From Octopus sinensis (Eukaryota), in NCBI RefSeq assembly GCF_006345805.1, contig NW_021836058.1:1-34173 (forward strand): 34,173 bases of DNA, in the 5' to 3' direction. The position numbers and the translations under genes were made by a program. Numbering within the stretch: the stretch's first letter is position 1; each line of letters begins with the position of its first letter. The notes under the pieces are model-generated. The model searched no databases and was not told the origin of the DNA. It saw only the letters and a list, made by a program, of their open reading frames with translations. Below are positions 11,859-22,810 of this stretch, piece by piece.

Positions 11859-12245
11859 GATGATGTTGATGGTGATGATGATGATGATGATGGTGATGAT
11901 GAGGATAATGGTGATGATGGTGATGATGGTGATGATGATAATGATGATGATGATGATGATGATGGTGATGATGGTGATGATGATGGTGATGGTGATGATG
12001 ATGAGGATGATGATGATAATGGTGGTGATGATGGTGATGATGATGATAGTGATGATGATGGTGATGGTGATGATGATGATGATGAAAAGACGAAGGAGAA
12101 GGAAGATGAGAGGCAGCGATGCTGAAGAAGGCAAAGAAGAAATAGAAGGTGAAGAAGTAGAGGTTGAAGACGATGCCGAAGAAGGACGGAGATGATGATG
12201 ATGATGATGGTGATGGTGAAGAAGGGCAACAAGGAATCGAATAAG
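11418..12245 (+). repeat. GAT/GAA/GGT trinucleotide-rich tract (cryptic Asp/Glu-rich frame, frameshifted)
   Basis: Pure (GAT)n at 11424-11462, (GAT/GGT)n at 11805-12083, recurring gatgctgaagaa; no continuous acidic ORF. Confidence 0.85.
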
Positions 12246-12357
12246 GAGGACGAAGGAGACGAAACAACCCAGTTGCGGGGTGGTGGTGAAGGTGACAGGC
12301 ATTGATAGAAATGGGATACAGTAAATTACAACAGAGAAAGATATAGATTGATTGAGA

Positions 12358-12408
12358 TGGGTGGGTGGGGTGGAGTGGGGTGGAGTGGGGTGGGGTGGGG
12401 GGACGGGG
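12358..12408 (+). other. Potential G-quadruplex-forming tract
   Basis: More than four closely spaced runs of three or more G (gggtgggtggggtggagtggggtggagtggggtggggtggggggacgggg). Confidence 0.6.
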
Positions 12409-12509
12409 TTTAGCGAAAAGAATTATACTAGGAATTTTAGGAGATATGAGATTAACGTTTGTCATTCATCGTAAGAACCAAAAATTAAAAATAGAAAAAA
12501 AAAGTGAAA

Positions 12510-12552
<43 letters not shown>

Positions 12553-13192
12553 AAATAAAATAAAACACACCACCCCCAAACCAAAACAAACAACGAAACA
12601 ATAACCAAGAAAAGAACCAAAAAAAAAAATTAAAATAAAATAAAAACTCCCATCAGAAATGAACGACACATGTTGGTTTCGATCCAGAAATGTTATCTTT
12701 ATAGGATGTGAGTCTTTGATTTATGACTGACTCGTTGATGCCAGCAGGAATTTCTTATCTCGCTCAAGACCGGCCAGGAATTTTGCGGAAGACAAAAACT
12801 TACAAGAACAACATCAACAACATGGATAATGATTTCTTACATTGGCTCAAGGATTCTTTAGATTGGCGTTGGGCCACAAATTAGTTAGGTACGGACTCTG
12901 CCGATGATCGCATTGAAATATATATATATATATATGCTTGTACACACATATATATGAATATATAAGCATGTACACATAAAACTGTGTAAACATGTATACG
13001 TACATACACGCGTGTGTATGATGTGTGTATATATATATATATATATGTATGTATATTATATACACATATATACCACATAGATGTACTCACAAATATAAAA
13101 ACGCATTCACATACGCGCACACACCGATAAATATGTATGCATGTACAAACACTTATATATTTATAAACATATATACGTACACACAATCATAC

Positions 13193-13231
<39 letters not shown>

Positions 13232-13333
13232 CATTGATAACGAAGAGGAGAGTGAAGATTTATTCACATCAATATGAGAAGTAACGTGGTATGCGCCAGG
13301 ATAACATCCCCTTTATACTCACTCTCTCTCTAT

Positions 13334-13378
<45 letters not shown>

Positions 13379-13401
13379 GTAGTAGTAGTAGTAATAATAA
13401 T

Positions 13402-13625
13402 AAAGGGTAAAATTAATTAATTAATTAATAATTTTACCAAGTAGTTCGGTATGTTAAAAGAACCATTATCGGTAAACTTATGCAAAAATTCTATAATTAT
13501 GAGTATAATTATAATTAGAGTTCAGCAAAATTTGCTTCACCACATACCGAATTTCAGAAATAGCAGTTAAAATACTACTTTAAAAATGCCATGCATATAC
13601 AAACACTAAAATAGTATTGTAACTG

Positions 13626-13628
<3 letters not shown>
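13402..13628. mobile_element. Microsatellite-flanked repeat with a terminal fold-back, homologous to 15256-15525 (probable Penelope-like remnant)
   Basis: Shares gtaaaattaattaatta...accaagtag...cggtaaactta...gttcagcaaa...accacataccgaa...gaaatagcag with the 15.3-kb copy; 17-bp inverted repeat at 13561-13577 / 13612-13628. Confidence 0.65.
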
Positions 13629-13689
<61 letters not shown>

Positions 13690-14410
13690 TTAATGTAGGA
13701 AAAAATTTTTTTCGAAAAAAATTTATGAATTTTTATCTAGTTTTAGAAATTTCTGTCGACCTTTTTTGAGTAGCGTGCGTATTGTGAAAAAATTATAATG
13801 GTTTGGACTATGTGTCTAATTTCGGCATACTTGGCATTGAAATTTTTTTCATTTGCCCTTATTTATAAGTTATATATATATATATATATATAATGTGTGT
13901 GTGTGTGTGTGTGTGTGTATTGTGTGTGTGGTGTGTGTGTGTGTGTGTATGTGTGTGTGTGTGTGTGTGTCTGTGTGTGTATGTATGTATGTATAATGAC
14001 AATGTGAAATATAGAAGGGTATTATCCGAATTCAGAAGAATGAAGCGAAAGGAAAACAAAGCCAGGAAGTTCAGAATTTGCTCCCGATAAAGACAACTGG
14101 AGCAGTGCTAGCCTCTAACACAAATACATGTTGCTGCACGAAAGGCCGTAACGCGAGGCGAATGCATTGCACAAGAATTATGGAGAGAAACATCAAAAAT
14201 TCGTAAGAGAAAACAAAATCTCTCGCGGTCTTTCGCTCAATCATTCCTTTCCATAAAAAAATAAAAAAGAAACCGATTAATTTCAATTCTTAAATGACTT
14301 TAGCTGGATTAGTTTAAAGCTATAAGGAGGGAAAACAACTTTAATATCTGGTATTAATCTGTGCTAATGAGACTTAATAAAACCGAAATAGGACCAGCCA
14401 AGGATATTCT

Positions 14411-14741
14411 TATTTCTTTATTGCCCACAAGGGGCTAAACACAGAGGGGACAAACAAGGACAGACAAACGGATTAAGTCAATTACATCGACCTCAGTGCG
14501 TAACTGGTACTTATTTAATCGACTTCGAAAGGATGAAAGGCAAAGTCTACCTCGGCGGAATTTGAACTCAGAACGTAGCGGCAGACGAAATACCTATTTC
14601 TTTACTTGCCCACAAGGGGCTAAACACAGAGAGGACGAACAAGGACAGACAAACGGATTAAATCGATTATATTGACCCCAGTGCGTAACTGGTACTTATT
14701 TAATCGACCTCGAAAGGATGAAAGGCAAAGCCGACGTCGGC
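14411..14741 (-). mobile_element. SINE group B, 5'-truncated dimer with a 9-bp TSD
   Basis: Two tandem bodies; GGATATTCT at 14402-14410 and 14742-14750. Confidence 0.9.
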
Positions 14742-14956
14742 GGATATTCTGTTAATAAAAGATTTTATGATAAAACGTGGATGCTTTCCGCTTTTCTTTC
14801 CTGCCACCGGCAGAAAAATATCTTTACAACTTAAAAACTAGGGTAAGAAATAAAGTGATTCTCTCCCTGAATTACATAGATTCTCCCTTCGTCTCTCTTT
14901 CTGTCGCTGCACGTCTGGCAAGCAACAAATATATATATATATATATCTTACACATA

Positions 14957-15176
14957 CACGAGTGTGGGGAGATGAAAAGTTCTTGGGTTTGGGTAAAATA
15001 AAATAAAAGAGAATCAGTTAATTATGATTTTATTAAAGATATTCCCATCTCAGATTCACACGCTTATTGCAGCGGCCCTTCAGTTTTTCTAAGCCCTGTA
15101 AAAGAAATCGGAAGGTTGGGCCTCCCCAGGCCTTTCGCGAGACCCATAAAACCAGGAATTTTTCACCACCCTCTTA
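14957..15176 (-). mobile_element. Mariner-type deletion derivative (MITE) retaining the transposase C-terminus
   Basis: Degenerate TIRs (tgaaaagttcttgggttt / aaaaccaggaatttttca). The minus strand reads FLLQGLEKLKGRCNKRVNLRWEYL*, like the mariner end G..KL..RW.KC....G.Y. Confidence 0.75.
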
Positions 15177-15213
15177 TGCGCGTGCGTGCGTATATATATA
15201 TAATATATATATA

Positions 15214-15255
<42 letters not shown>

Positions 15256-15525
15256 ACAAAGAGTAAAATTAATTAATTAAGAAGTAATCAGTAATTTCAC
15301 CAAGTAGAATTGGGCATGAAAAGGACCATTTCACGGTAAACTTAAGTAATACTTTATAATTAGGGTTCAGCAAAGCTTTGTTTACCACATACCGAAGTTT
15401 AGAAATAGCAGCCAAAAACCTTAGCTATTTAAAAATTAGATGAAATAGCTAAGGTTTTTTGGCTGCTATTTCTAAACTTTGGTATGTGGTAAAGCAAGTC
15501 TTTGCTGAACCCTAATTATAAAGGG
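15256..15525. mobile_element. (TA)n-flanked fold-back element with ~80-bp arms (probable Penelope-like remnant)
   Basis: Arms 15352-15430 and 15443-15523 are near-perfect reverse complements with a 12-nt spacer. Confidence 0.75.
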
Positions 15526-15591
15526 TATATATATATATTATATATATATTATATATATATATATATTATATATATATATATTATATATATA

Positions 15592-15988
15592 CTCTTTTTA
15601 CTCTTTTACTTGTTTCAGTCATTTGACTGCGGCCATGCTGGAGCACCGCCTTTAGTCGAGCAAAACTCGACACCGGGACTTATTCTTTTTGTAAGCCCAG
15701 TACTTATTCTATCGGTCTCTTTTTGCCGAACCGCTAAGTGACGGGGACGTAAACACACCAGCATCGGTTGTCAAGCAATGCTAGGGGGACAAACACAGAC
15801 ACACAAACACACACACATACATATATATATATACATATATACGACAGGCTTCTTTCAATTTCCGTCTACCAAATCCACTCACAAGGCTTTGGTTAGCTTG
15901 AGGCTATAGTAGAAGACACTTGCCCAAAGTGCCATACAGTGGGACTGAACCCGGAACCATGTGGTTGGTAAGCAAGCTACTTACCACA
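15592..15988 (-). mobile_element. SINE group A, slightly 5'-truncated
   Basis: Reverse complement of the group A sequence from tail to gtggtaagtagcttgc. Confidence 0.93.
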
Positions 15989-16087
15989 TAATGCTGCTTG
16001 CTGGGTTTGGAGAAAGGGGCAGTGTGAATGAGCTCGTTCTGCGGAGCTGTAAGAAACTGCTGCCATTTACGACCCACCTGTTGAACT

Positions 16088-16100
16088 GTTGCCTGGCAAC
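16088..16100. promoter_or_regulatory. Palindromic RFX X-box motif
   Basis: GTTGCC-T-GGCAAC, two perfect half sites, in non-repetitive sequence; motif match only. Confidence 0.4.
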
Positions 16101-16599
16101 GCCTGAAAAGAAAGTCACGAACGAGAAGAGTTCAGATTTCCCTCGTCTTCTGTAAAATAAATAGCTGTATACCGGGGCCAATTCAAAGATTTAAAACGAC
16201 CGATTTCTCCCCCCCCCCCACCAAATCTAGCGATACCTTGTGCTCTTGGAAGGAACTTGTACAACATCGTCTGCTGTCATCCATTTAAATCCCCCCTCCC
16301 ACTTTTACATAACGCCATTACATGACACAATTAAGATCGGACACAATATGTCAAAACATTCGCATTTGATCTACGAACATTGGCCATTTTAAGAATCGGA
16401 TGAAGATATTCTTCAGTTTCTATCTTGTCCATGCCACGTTTGGTATTTCAAGAATCATTGAATTATTCTAGATTAGACACTTACATATGGCTGCAAGAAC
16501 TAGAGTTGTTTTTGTTTTTGCTTTTGTTTTTTGGTTAAATTGTTGAAAAAAGAATGTGAACTGTTGCTTTCACTGCCCCTTGTTCTCCCTCTCTTTTCA

Positions 16600-16630
<31 letters not shown>

Positions 16631-16644
16631 TAAAAAAATAAACA

Positions 16645-16905
16645 CATATATGCATATATATGTATTTCTCTCAATATGCATACACTACAAAGACCCTCCG
16701 TCTATAACTATTTGTATACATGTACATTATATATATATATATATATACATATCTGTCTGTGTACCTCGCAGTATACATATATATATATACACACATAATG
16801 CATATATATGTGTTTCTCTCAATATGCATACACTACATACACCCTCGTCTATAAATATATGTATACATGTACATTATATATATATCTGTCTGTGTACCTC
16901 GCAGT

Positions 16906-16936
<31 letters not shown>

Positions 16937-17015
16937 TATATGCATATATATGTGTTTCTCTCAATATGCATACACTACATACACCATCTGTTGATAACTA
17001 TATGTATACATGTAC

Positions 17016-17050
<35 letters not shown>
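16645..17050. repeat. Three tandem ~145-bp units separated by TA/CA runs
   Basis: tttctctcaatatgcatacactac recurs at ~16665, ~16813 and ~16955. Confidence 0.88.
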
Positions 17051-17054
<4 letters not shown>

Positions 17055-17459
17055 TCACAACCTCATTGCAATCCCATTGGACTAGTATTTTTCCAATCAT
17101 TAACAAGTAGATTAAAACAAGAAAATAACAACCCAACTGATGTAATAACGTCAACAACAACAACATCGTGTACAACAACGACAACAACACCAAAAGCAAC
17201 AAACGGAAGACAACCAAACGGAACTGAATCGAAATAAACTCATTCACGGACGTAAAACAGTAAGAATACACATATATATATAAAAGTGTGTAACAAGGAG
17301 ACAGAAAAAGCAAAAACGGAATGAAAACCAGCAAAAACGAATATTACTTAACGATTCTCATGAGACAGTGAAAAGTGAGACGTATCCTGTTAAACACTTG
17401 ACGTGTTTCGTGTCCCCGAATTAGCAGGAGGGGGTGTGTATGGTGTACCTGTATGCGGG

Positions 17460-17486
17460 AGTGTGTGTGTGTGTGTGTATATATAC

Positions 17487-17543
<57 letters not shown>

Positions 17544-18425
17544 CATATATATACATATACATATACATATATATATATATATATACATATATATACATAT
17601 ATATATATCATATGTATAAACACTCATACATATACAAACATACATATTCACACATATACATATATATGCGTATACACACATACATATATATGCATATACA
17701 CACATACACATATATATACATATACACACATACACATATATATGCATATACACACAAACATATATGCATATACACATACACATATATGCATATACACACA
17801 TAAACATATATATGCATATATACACACACATATTTGCATATACACACATACACATATATATACACACATATACATACAAATACACACATATGCAGATATA
17901 TGTATATATATATGAAGATACATGCATATACATATATATGCATACACACAAATATGCTTATACATACACACACGGCACACATATACACGCACACACAGAC
18001 ATATATATGTTCATACGAAAACATATACACACAAACACATACACATACACCACACATATGTTCATACACAAACATATATATATATACACACACACACATA
18101 TACACTTTCATACAAACATATACATAGGTATGTCTATACTTCCTTTACGTACGTGTATATGTGTGTATTCGGAAGTATATACATGTGTGCGTGTATATAT
18201 ATATATATATACACACACATCTTAACACTCCCCTATATATGCATATAACAAATGCTTCCACCCACGTGTAGCTTGTATATGGTGTGTTTTATATATATAT
18301 ATTTATATATTACAGATATTATTTACTATATATAACTATATGTGTATGTATGCTCATATATCTATAGTTAACAACGTGTATTTTTACACACACACACACA
18401 CACCACACACACACACACCACACAT

Positions 18426-18467
<42 letters not shown>

Positions 18468-18470
18468 GAC
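17460..18470. repeat. Long (TA)n/(CATA)n/(CA)n low-complexity tract
   Basis: Direct inspection. Confidence 0.95.
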
Positions 18471-18914
18471 ACGTACATGGATATACAGATAGATACATGA
18501 TGCGTCTATAGACGGTTAATTTTGGTACGGGTAAGTCGGCCGTTAAAGTGGAATGTTTCCTATTATAGACATGGAAATAGAAATCTATTAAATCACAGAT
18601 TGTGTGAAAGCCTGTAGCTAGAAATAGTAAAGCTAGGCGAAATGAGAATTATAACGTTAAGACTTTATATATTCCATAATTGTGTTGAAACCGAAAGGAG
18701 AATAAATATGTAAATAAATGAACAAAAAAAACCTAATGAAAGAGAAAAAAGTAAAAAAAAAAAAAGAAACCAAACAAAAATTAAAGAGAAATAAAGTAAA
18801 TAAAATGCCAGACTGTTTTATATGTGTGTGTGTGCAAAATATATATGTACACAAACCAACATTTTATATATATATATATCTATATAATATATATATATAT
18901 ATATATATCTATAC

Positions 18915-19160
18915 ATACATATAAACAATGTCTTCCTCTGTATCTCTTTATCCAGCCATCTATGTTTCCTTGTCTCCAAATGTGCGTGTGTATATAAATA
19001 TACGTGAAGCATATATATATATATATATATATATAAAATTTTTAAATATATACATATACATATACATATAAACAATGTCTTCCTCCGTATATCTTTCTCT
19101 AGCCATCTATGTCTCCTTGTCTTCAAATGTGTGGGTGTGTATAAATATATAAATATACAT
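18915..19160. repeat. Tandem duplication, ~147 bp period
   Basis: ataaacaatgtcttcctc...agccatctatgt..ccttgtct.caaatgtg occurs at ~18921 and ~19068. Confidence 0.88.
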
Positions 19161-19802
19161 ACGTATATTTATATACATACATATATATATATACACACAC
19201 ACAGATGGGAGCGCACGCACACATATAGGGACAGAGAATGATAGACATAGAGAGATCAATAGTGAGACCTGTTTTTAATCAGGTGTATTCCTCGCAATGA
19301 GGGTGCTGTGAAAGAGTGTGTCGAATAAATGCAGGTGAGAGAGATGATCAGATAGATGATAGAGAGATGATCAGAGAGATGATAGATAAATAACAGATTA
19401 TTACAGAGAGAAACAGAGAGGGATGGAGAGACAGAGAGAGAGAGAAACAGATCGAGTGAGCCAAAGGAGAAGGGGAGGGAAGTAAGTATGAGAGAGATCG
19501 AGTGGCAGGGATGGTGAAAAGGGACTATAGGGTGCAATGTCAAAAGGACTTTGAAATTGCAACCCGACAGATGATAGCTTATTCTCTATACTTATTCTTC
19601 ATTGTGTTGATCAGCGGAGAGGATACTTTTTACATTAGATGTCCATATTGAAATCGACTGTCGTCTGACGAAATGACATTGAAACGAGCTGCCTTCTGAC
19701 AAGGCCACAGGTTTCATACATATTTAGTTAGGCATTGCAGCATTTTCCACTGTCAGAATACAAACGGCAATATGCTTACAATTACATAATTTATGTATAA
19801 AA

Positions 19803-19929
19803 CAGTTCTATATTTAAGAGATGAGGAACTATTTACATTATTTACGTTCGACGGATATTTGTCCTCATCTTATTTGTTGTTAACAACAAACAAGATAAGG
19901 ACAAATATCCGTCGATTGTAAATAATGTA
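19803..19929. mobile_element. Loop-less ~96-bp palindrome centred on GTTAAC (probable Penelope-like tail dimer)
   Basis: tacattatttac..tcgacggatatttgtcct.atctt.tttgttgtt|aacaacaaa.aagat.aggacaaatatccgtcga..gtaaataatgta at 19834-19929. Confidence 0.7.
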
Positions 19930-20038
19930 TATTATGTATAAAAATTGAGAATTTGAATGCGATGGATGAACCGTTTCATCCGGAGATGAAATCGAAATTT
20001 GAAAAAGAAATCACTTCTTTTAAATAACATACGCGATA

Positions 20039-20439
20039 GGCGCAGGAGTGGCTGTGTGGTAAGTAGCTTGCTAACCAACCACATGGTTCCGGGTTCAGTC
20101 CCACAGCGTGCCATCTTGGGCAAGTGTCTTCTGCTATAGCCCCGGGCCGACCAATGCCCTGTGAGTGGATTTGGTAGACGGAAACTGAAAGAAGCCTGTC
20201 GTATATATGTGTGTGTGTTTGTGTGTCTGTGTTTGTCCCCCTAGCATTGCTTGACAACCGATGCTGGTGTGTTTACGTCCCCGTCACTTAGCGGTTCGGC
20301 AAAAGAGACCGATAGAATAAGTACTGGGCTTACAAAGAATAAGTCCCGGGGTCGATTTGCTCGACTAAAGGCGGTGCTCCAGCATGGCCGCAGTCAAATG
20401 ACTGAAAGAAGTAAAAGAGTAAAAGAGTAGAGTAAAGAG
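20039..20439 (+). mobile_element. SINE group A, full length
   Basis: Complete head, CORE-like motif and tail. Confidence 0.93.
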
Positions 20440-20451
20440 ATGCAGAAAAAG

Positions 20452-20652
20452 CATCGGCATATGTTTTGGGTAAACACTCCTGCATGTCTTACCACCGTCA
20501 CCCCCCAACTCTCCAGATTTCCCAGCCCCAAACAGCCCCTTCGAGAAACGATAGGGGTTTTTAAAGAACGCCTTCCTGGCTCGTTCTCTTGCCTTCCGCT
20601 TCTGGGAAGAGTCTTCTGCACGACGCACGCCGTCACGTTGTCGTTTCTTCAA
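20452..20652 (-). mobile_element. Fragment of a restriction-like-endonuclease non-LTR retrotransposon ORF (Hero/R2-like, pre-RT region)
   Basis: RRAEDSSQKRKARERARKAFFKNPYRFSKGLFGAGKSGEL, then after a frameshift DMQECLPKTYAD. This resembles the RRAE..RK..ER.R..F.K.P..F.K.LF...KSG.L....L...Y.D segment I recall from Hero-type elements. Confidence 0.7.
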
Positions 20653-20715
20653 TGGTTAGAATGCCGGGCTCAAAATCATAGCGACAGTGATTTCGATATC
20701 CGGACCGGACTGTAT

Positions 20716-21257
20716 TGTGAGTGGATTTGGTAGACGGAAACTGGAAGATGCCCGACCTCGTATGTATGTACATATATGTATGTACATATATACATATATG
20801 TATATCACGTGACCGACCAGTCCATCAGATATAGTTACACATCGCTGGTCACAATGCGTTCGCATTGTTTTCGCCTTCGAATGACGCCACCCCGCTGGCT
20901 AAGCGAGCAGGCCAACAGAAGAAAGAGTGGGAGAAAGTTGTGTGAAAGAGTACAGCAGGGATCACCACCACCCCCTGCCGGAGCCTCGATGGACCTTTTG
21001 GGTGTTTTCGCTCAATAAACACTCACAACACGCCCGGTCTGGGAATCATATATATATGATTGTGTGTGTGTTTGTCCCCCACCATTGTTTCACAGTCGAT
21101 ATTGGTGTGTGTAGGTCCTCGTAACTTAGTGGTTCGGCAAAGGATTCCGATGTAAATAAGTTCTAGGCTTACAAAGTATAAGTACTGGGGGCGATTTGTT
21201 CGGCTAAAGGCGGTGCTTCAGCATGGCCGCAGTCAAATGACTAAAACAAATAAAAGA

Positions 21258-21258
<1 letters not shown>
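20716..21258 (+). mobile_element. 5'-truncated SINE group A interrupted inside its internal microsatellite
   Basis: Middle part at 20716-20762 and 3' part at 21050-21258 flank an unrelated insert. Confidence 0.8.
20805..21047 (-). mobile_element. SINE group D (body X plus tail Z) nested in a group A copy
   Basis: Tail shared with 25079-25192; body shared with 31315-31435. Confidence 0.78.
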
Positions 21259-21306
<48 letters not shown>

Positions 21307-21499
21307 GAGAGAGAGAGAGAGAGGGAGAGAGGGAGAGAGAGAGAGAAGAGAGAACCTTTGGCCGATAACTGATGGAGATTTCGCGACCTTCTTGCGTGTT
21401 TTCCCTTTATTTGCGCTTATATATATATGTTTTTTAACTTATGTAACGGAACGCTACGCATGGTCTCTTATTTTGTTTACAGTAAGTGAATCATATATA

Positions 21500-21710
21500 T
21501 ATATGATAGATCGTTAGCCACTACGCACATTTTTTTCTCTCCTTGTTTCTCTCCTTGTTTTTTTCTGTGTCCCTTTCTGTAGAAGAGCGTAGGCTCGAAA
21601 TGTAAAATACTTTTTCTATTCCTGATCGTTATAACTAATACATCTGTTTGTTTTGTACACCACCTGTCTTCTTCTTTTTGTTGTTTTTTTTCGTAAACTC
21701 TCCCCCTATA
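21500..21710 (+). mobile_element. (TA)n-flanked element with a hammerhead-like motif (Penelope-like LTR remnant)
   Basis: ctgtagaa-GAGC-gtag-GCTC-GAAA at 21577-21600: stem II and GAAA are intact, while the 5' core deviates from CTGANGA. Confidence 0.5.
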
Positions 21711-21723
21711 TAATATATTATAT

Positions 21724-21778
<55 letters not shown>

Positions 21779-21983
21779 AAACGCATACCTTACACTACAT
21801 TACAGGCACATAGACATATATGCACACATTCAAAGACAAACAGATATATATATATATATACATACAAAATGTCCATACGCACAATTGAATACAGTTACTA
21901 CGAACAACTACTTACATATTCCAACATTCTCACAGAAACAAATTAAATTTTTTTCCAACACAAAACACAATCTTTCGTCTCTT

Positions 21984-22017
<34 letters not shown>

Positions 22018-22380
22018 TTCACTATTCCTCTCCTGTCCGTTGAATAGTCAAAACCGTCTCCTGTGTATATTTACCGAGATAAACGTGATAAACAATAAAG
22101 TTAATATAGGTGGCGCTAGCTGCGTTTCAATTATGGCACTAATTTTTGTACAGTTTAGAATTAGTCCATTATTTACTGTTGTGTTTGATGTAGTTGTTGT
22201 GATTGTTACTGTTGTTGTTGTTTGTTTGGGTTGTGGCAGTTGTTGTAATTATTTCGGCTGGCGTAGTAGTGGATATAGCTGTCAGTAATTCCTACTGTAG
22301 TCTGTGCGTTTAAACAGTATAACCACATATATATACATACACATCCTATACATACAGATGTGCGTAAAAATATAAATGCA

Positions 22381-22810
22381 TTCTTTCACTTGTTCCATTC
22401 ATTTGACTGCGGTCATGCTGGAGCACCGCCATAGATTTATTCTTTGTAAGCCTAGTATATATTCTATCGGTCTCTTTTTGCCAAACCGCTATGTTACGGG
22501 GACGTAAATACACTAACATCGGTTATCAAGAGATGGTGGGGGAAAAAACAGACACTAAGACAAACCACACATCATATATATATATATATATATATATATT
22601 ATGATGTGTAGTTTGTCTTAGTGTTTATATATATATTTATATATATATTACATATACAACGGGCGTCTTTCAGTTTCCGTCTAACAAATCCACTTAAAAA
22701 GCTTTGGTCGGCCCGAGGCAATAATAAAAGACATTTGTCCAAGGTCCCATGCAGTGGGATTGAACCCGGAACCATGTGGTTGAGAAGCAAGCTTCTTAGC
22801 ACACAACCAT
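22381..22810 (-). mobile_element. SINE group A (diverged)
   Basis: Reverse complement of tail, microsatellite and head. Confidence 0.88.

Noticed and set aside
11803-12195. Poly-Met ORF (and antisense poly-Ile and poly-Ser ORFs)
   Set aside because: Alternative frames of the (GAT)n tract
18512-18530. 19-nt micro-exon (tctatag...GG|gtaagt)
   Set aside because: The donor is good but the acceptor lacks a pyrimidine tract, and no partner exons are visible
19665-19700. CTGACGA-aatgacatt-GAAA hammerhead-like core
   Set aside because: Stem II is only 3 bp, the expected cleavage triplet is GCC and stem I does not pair; compatible with chance
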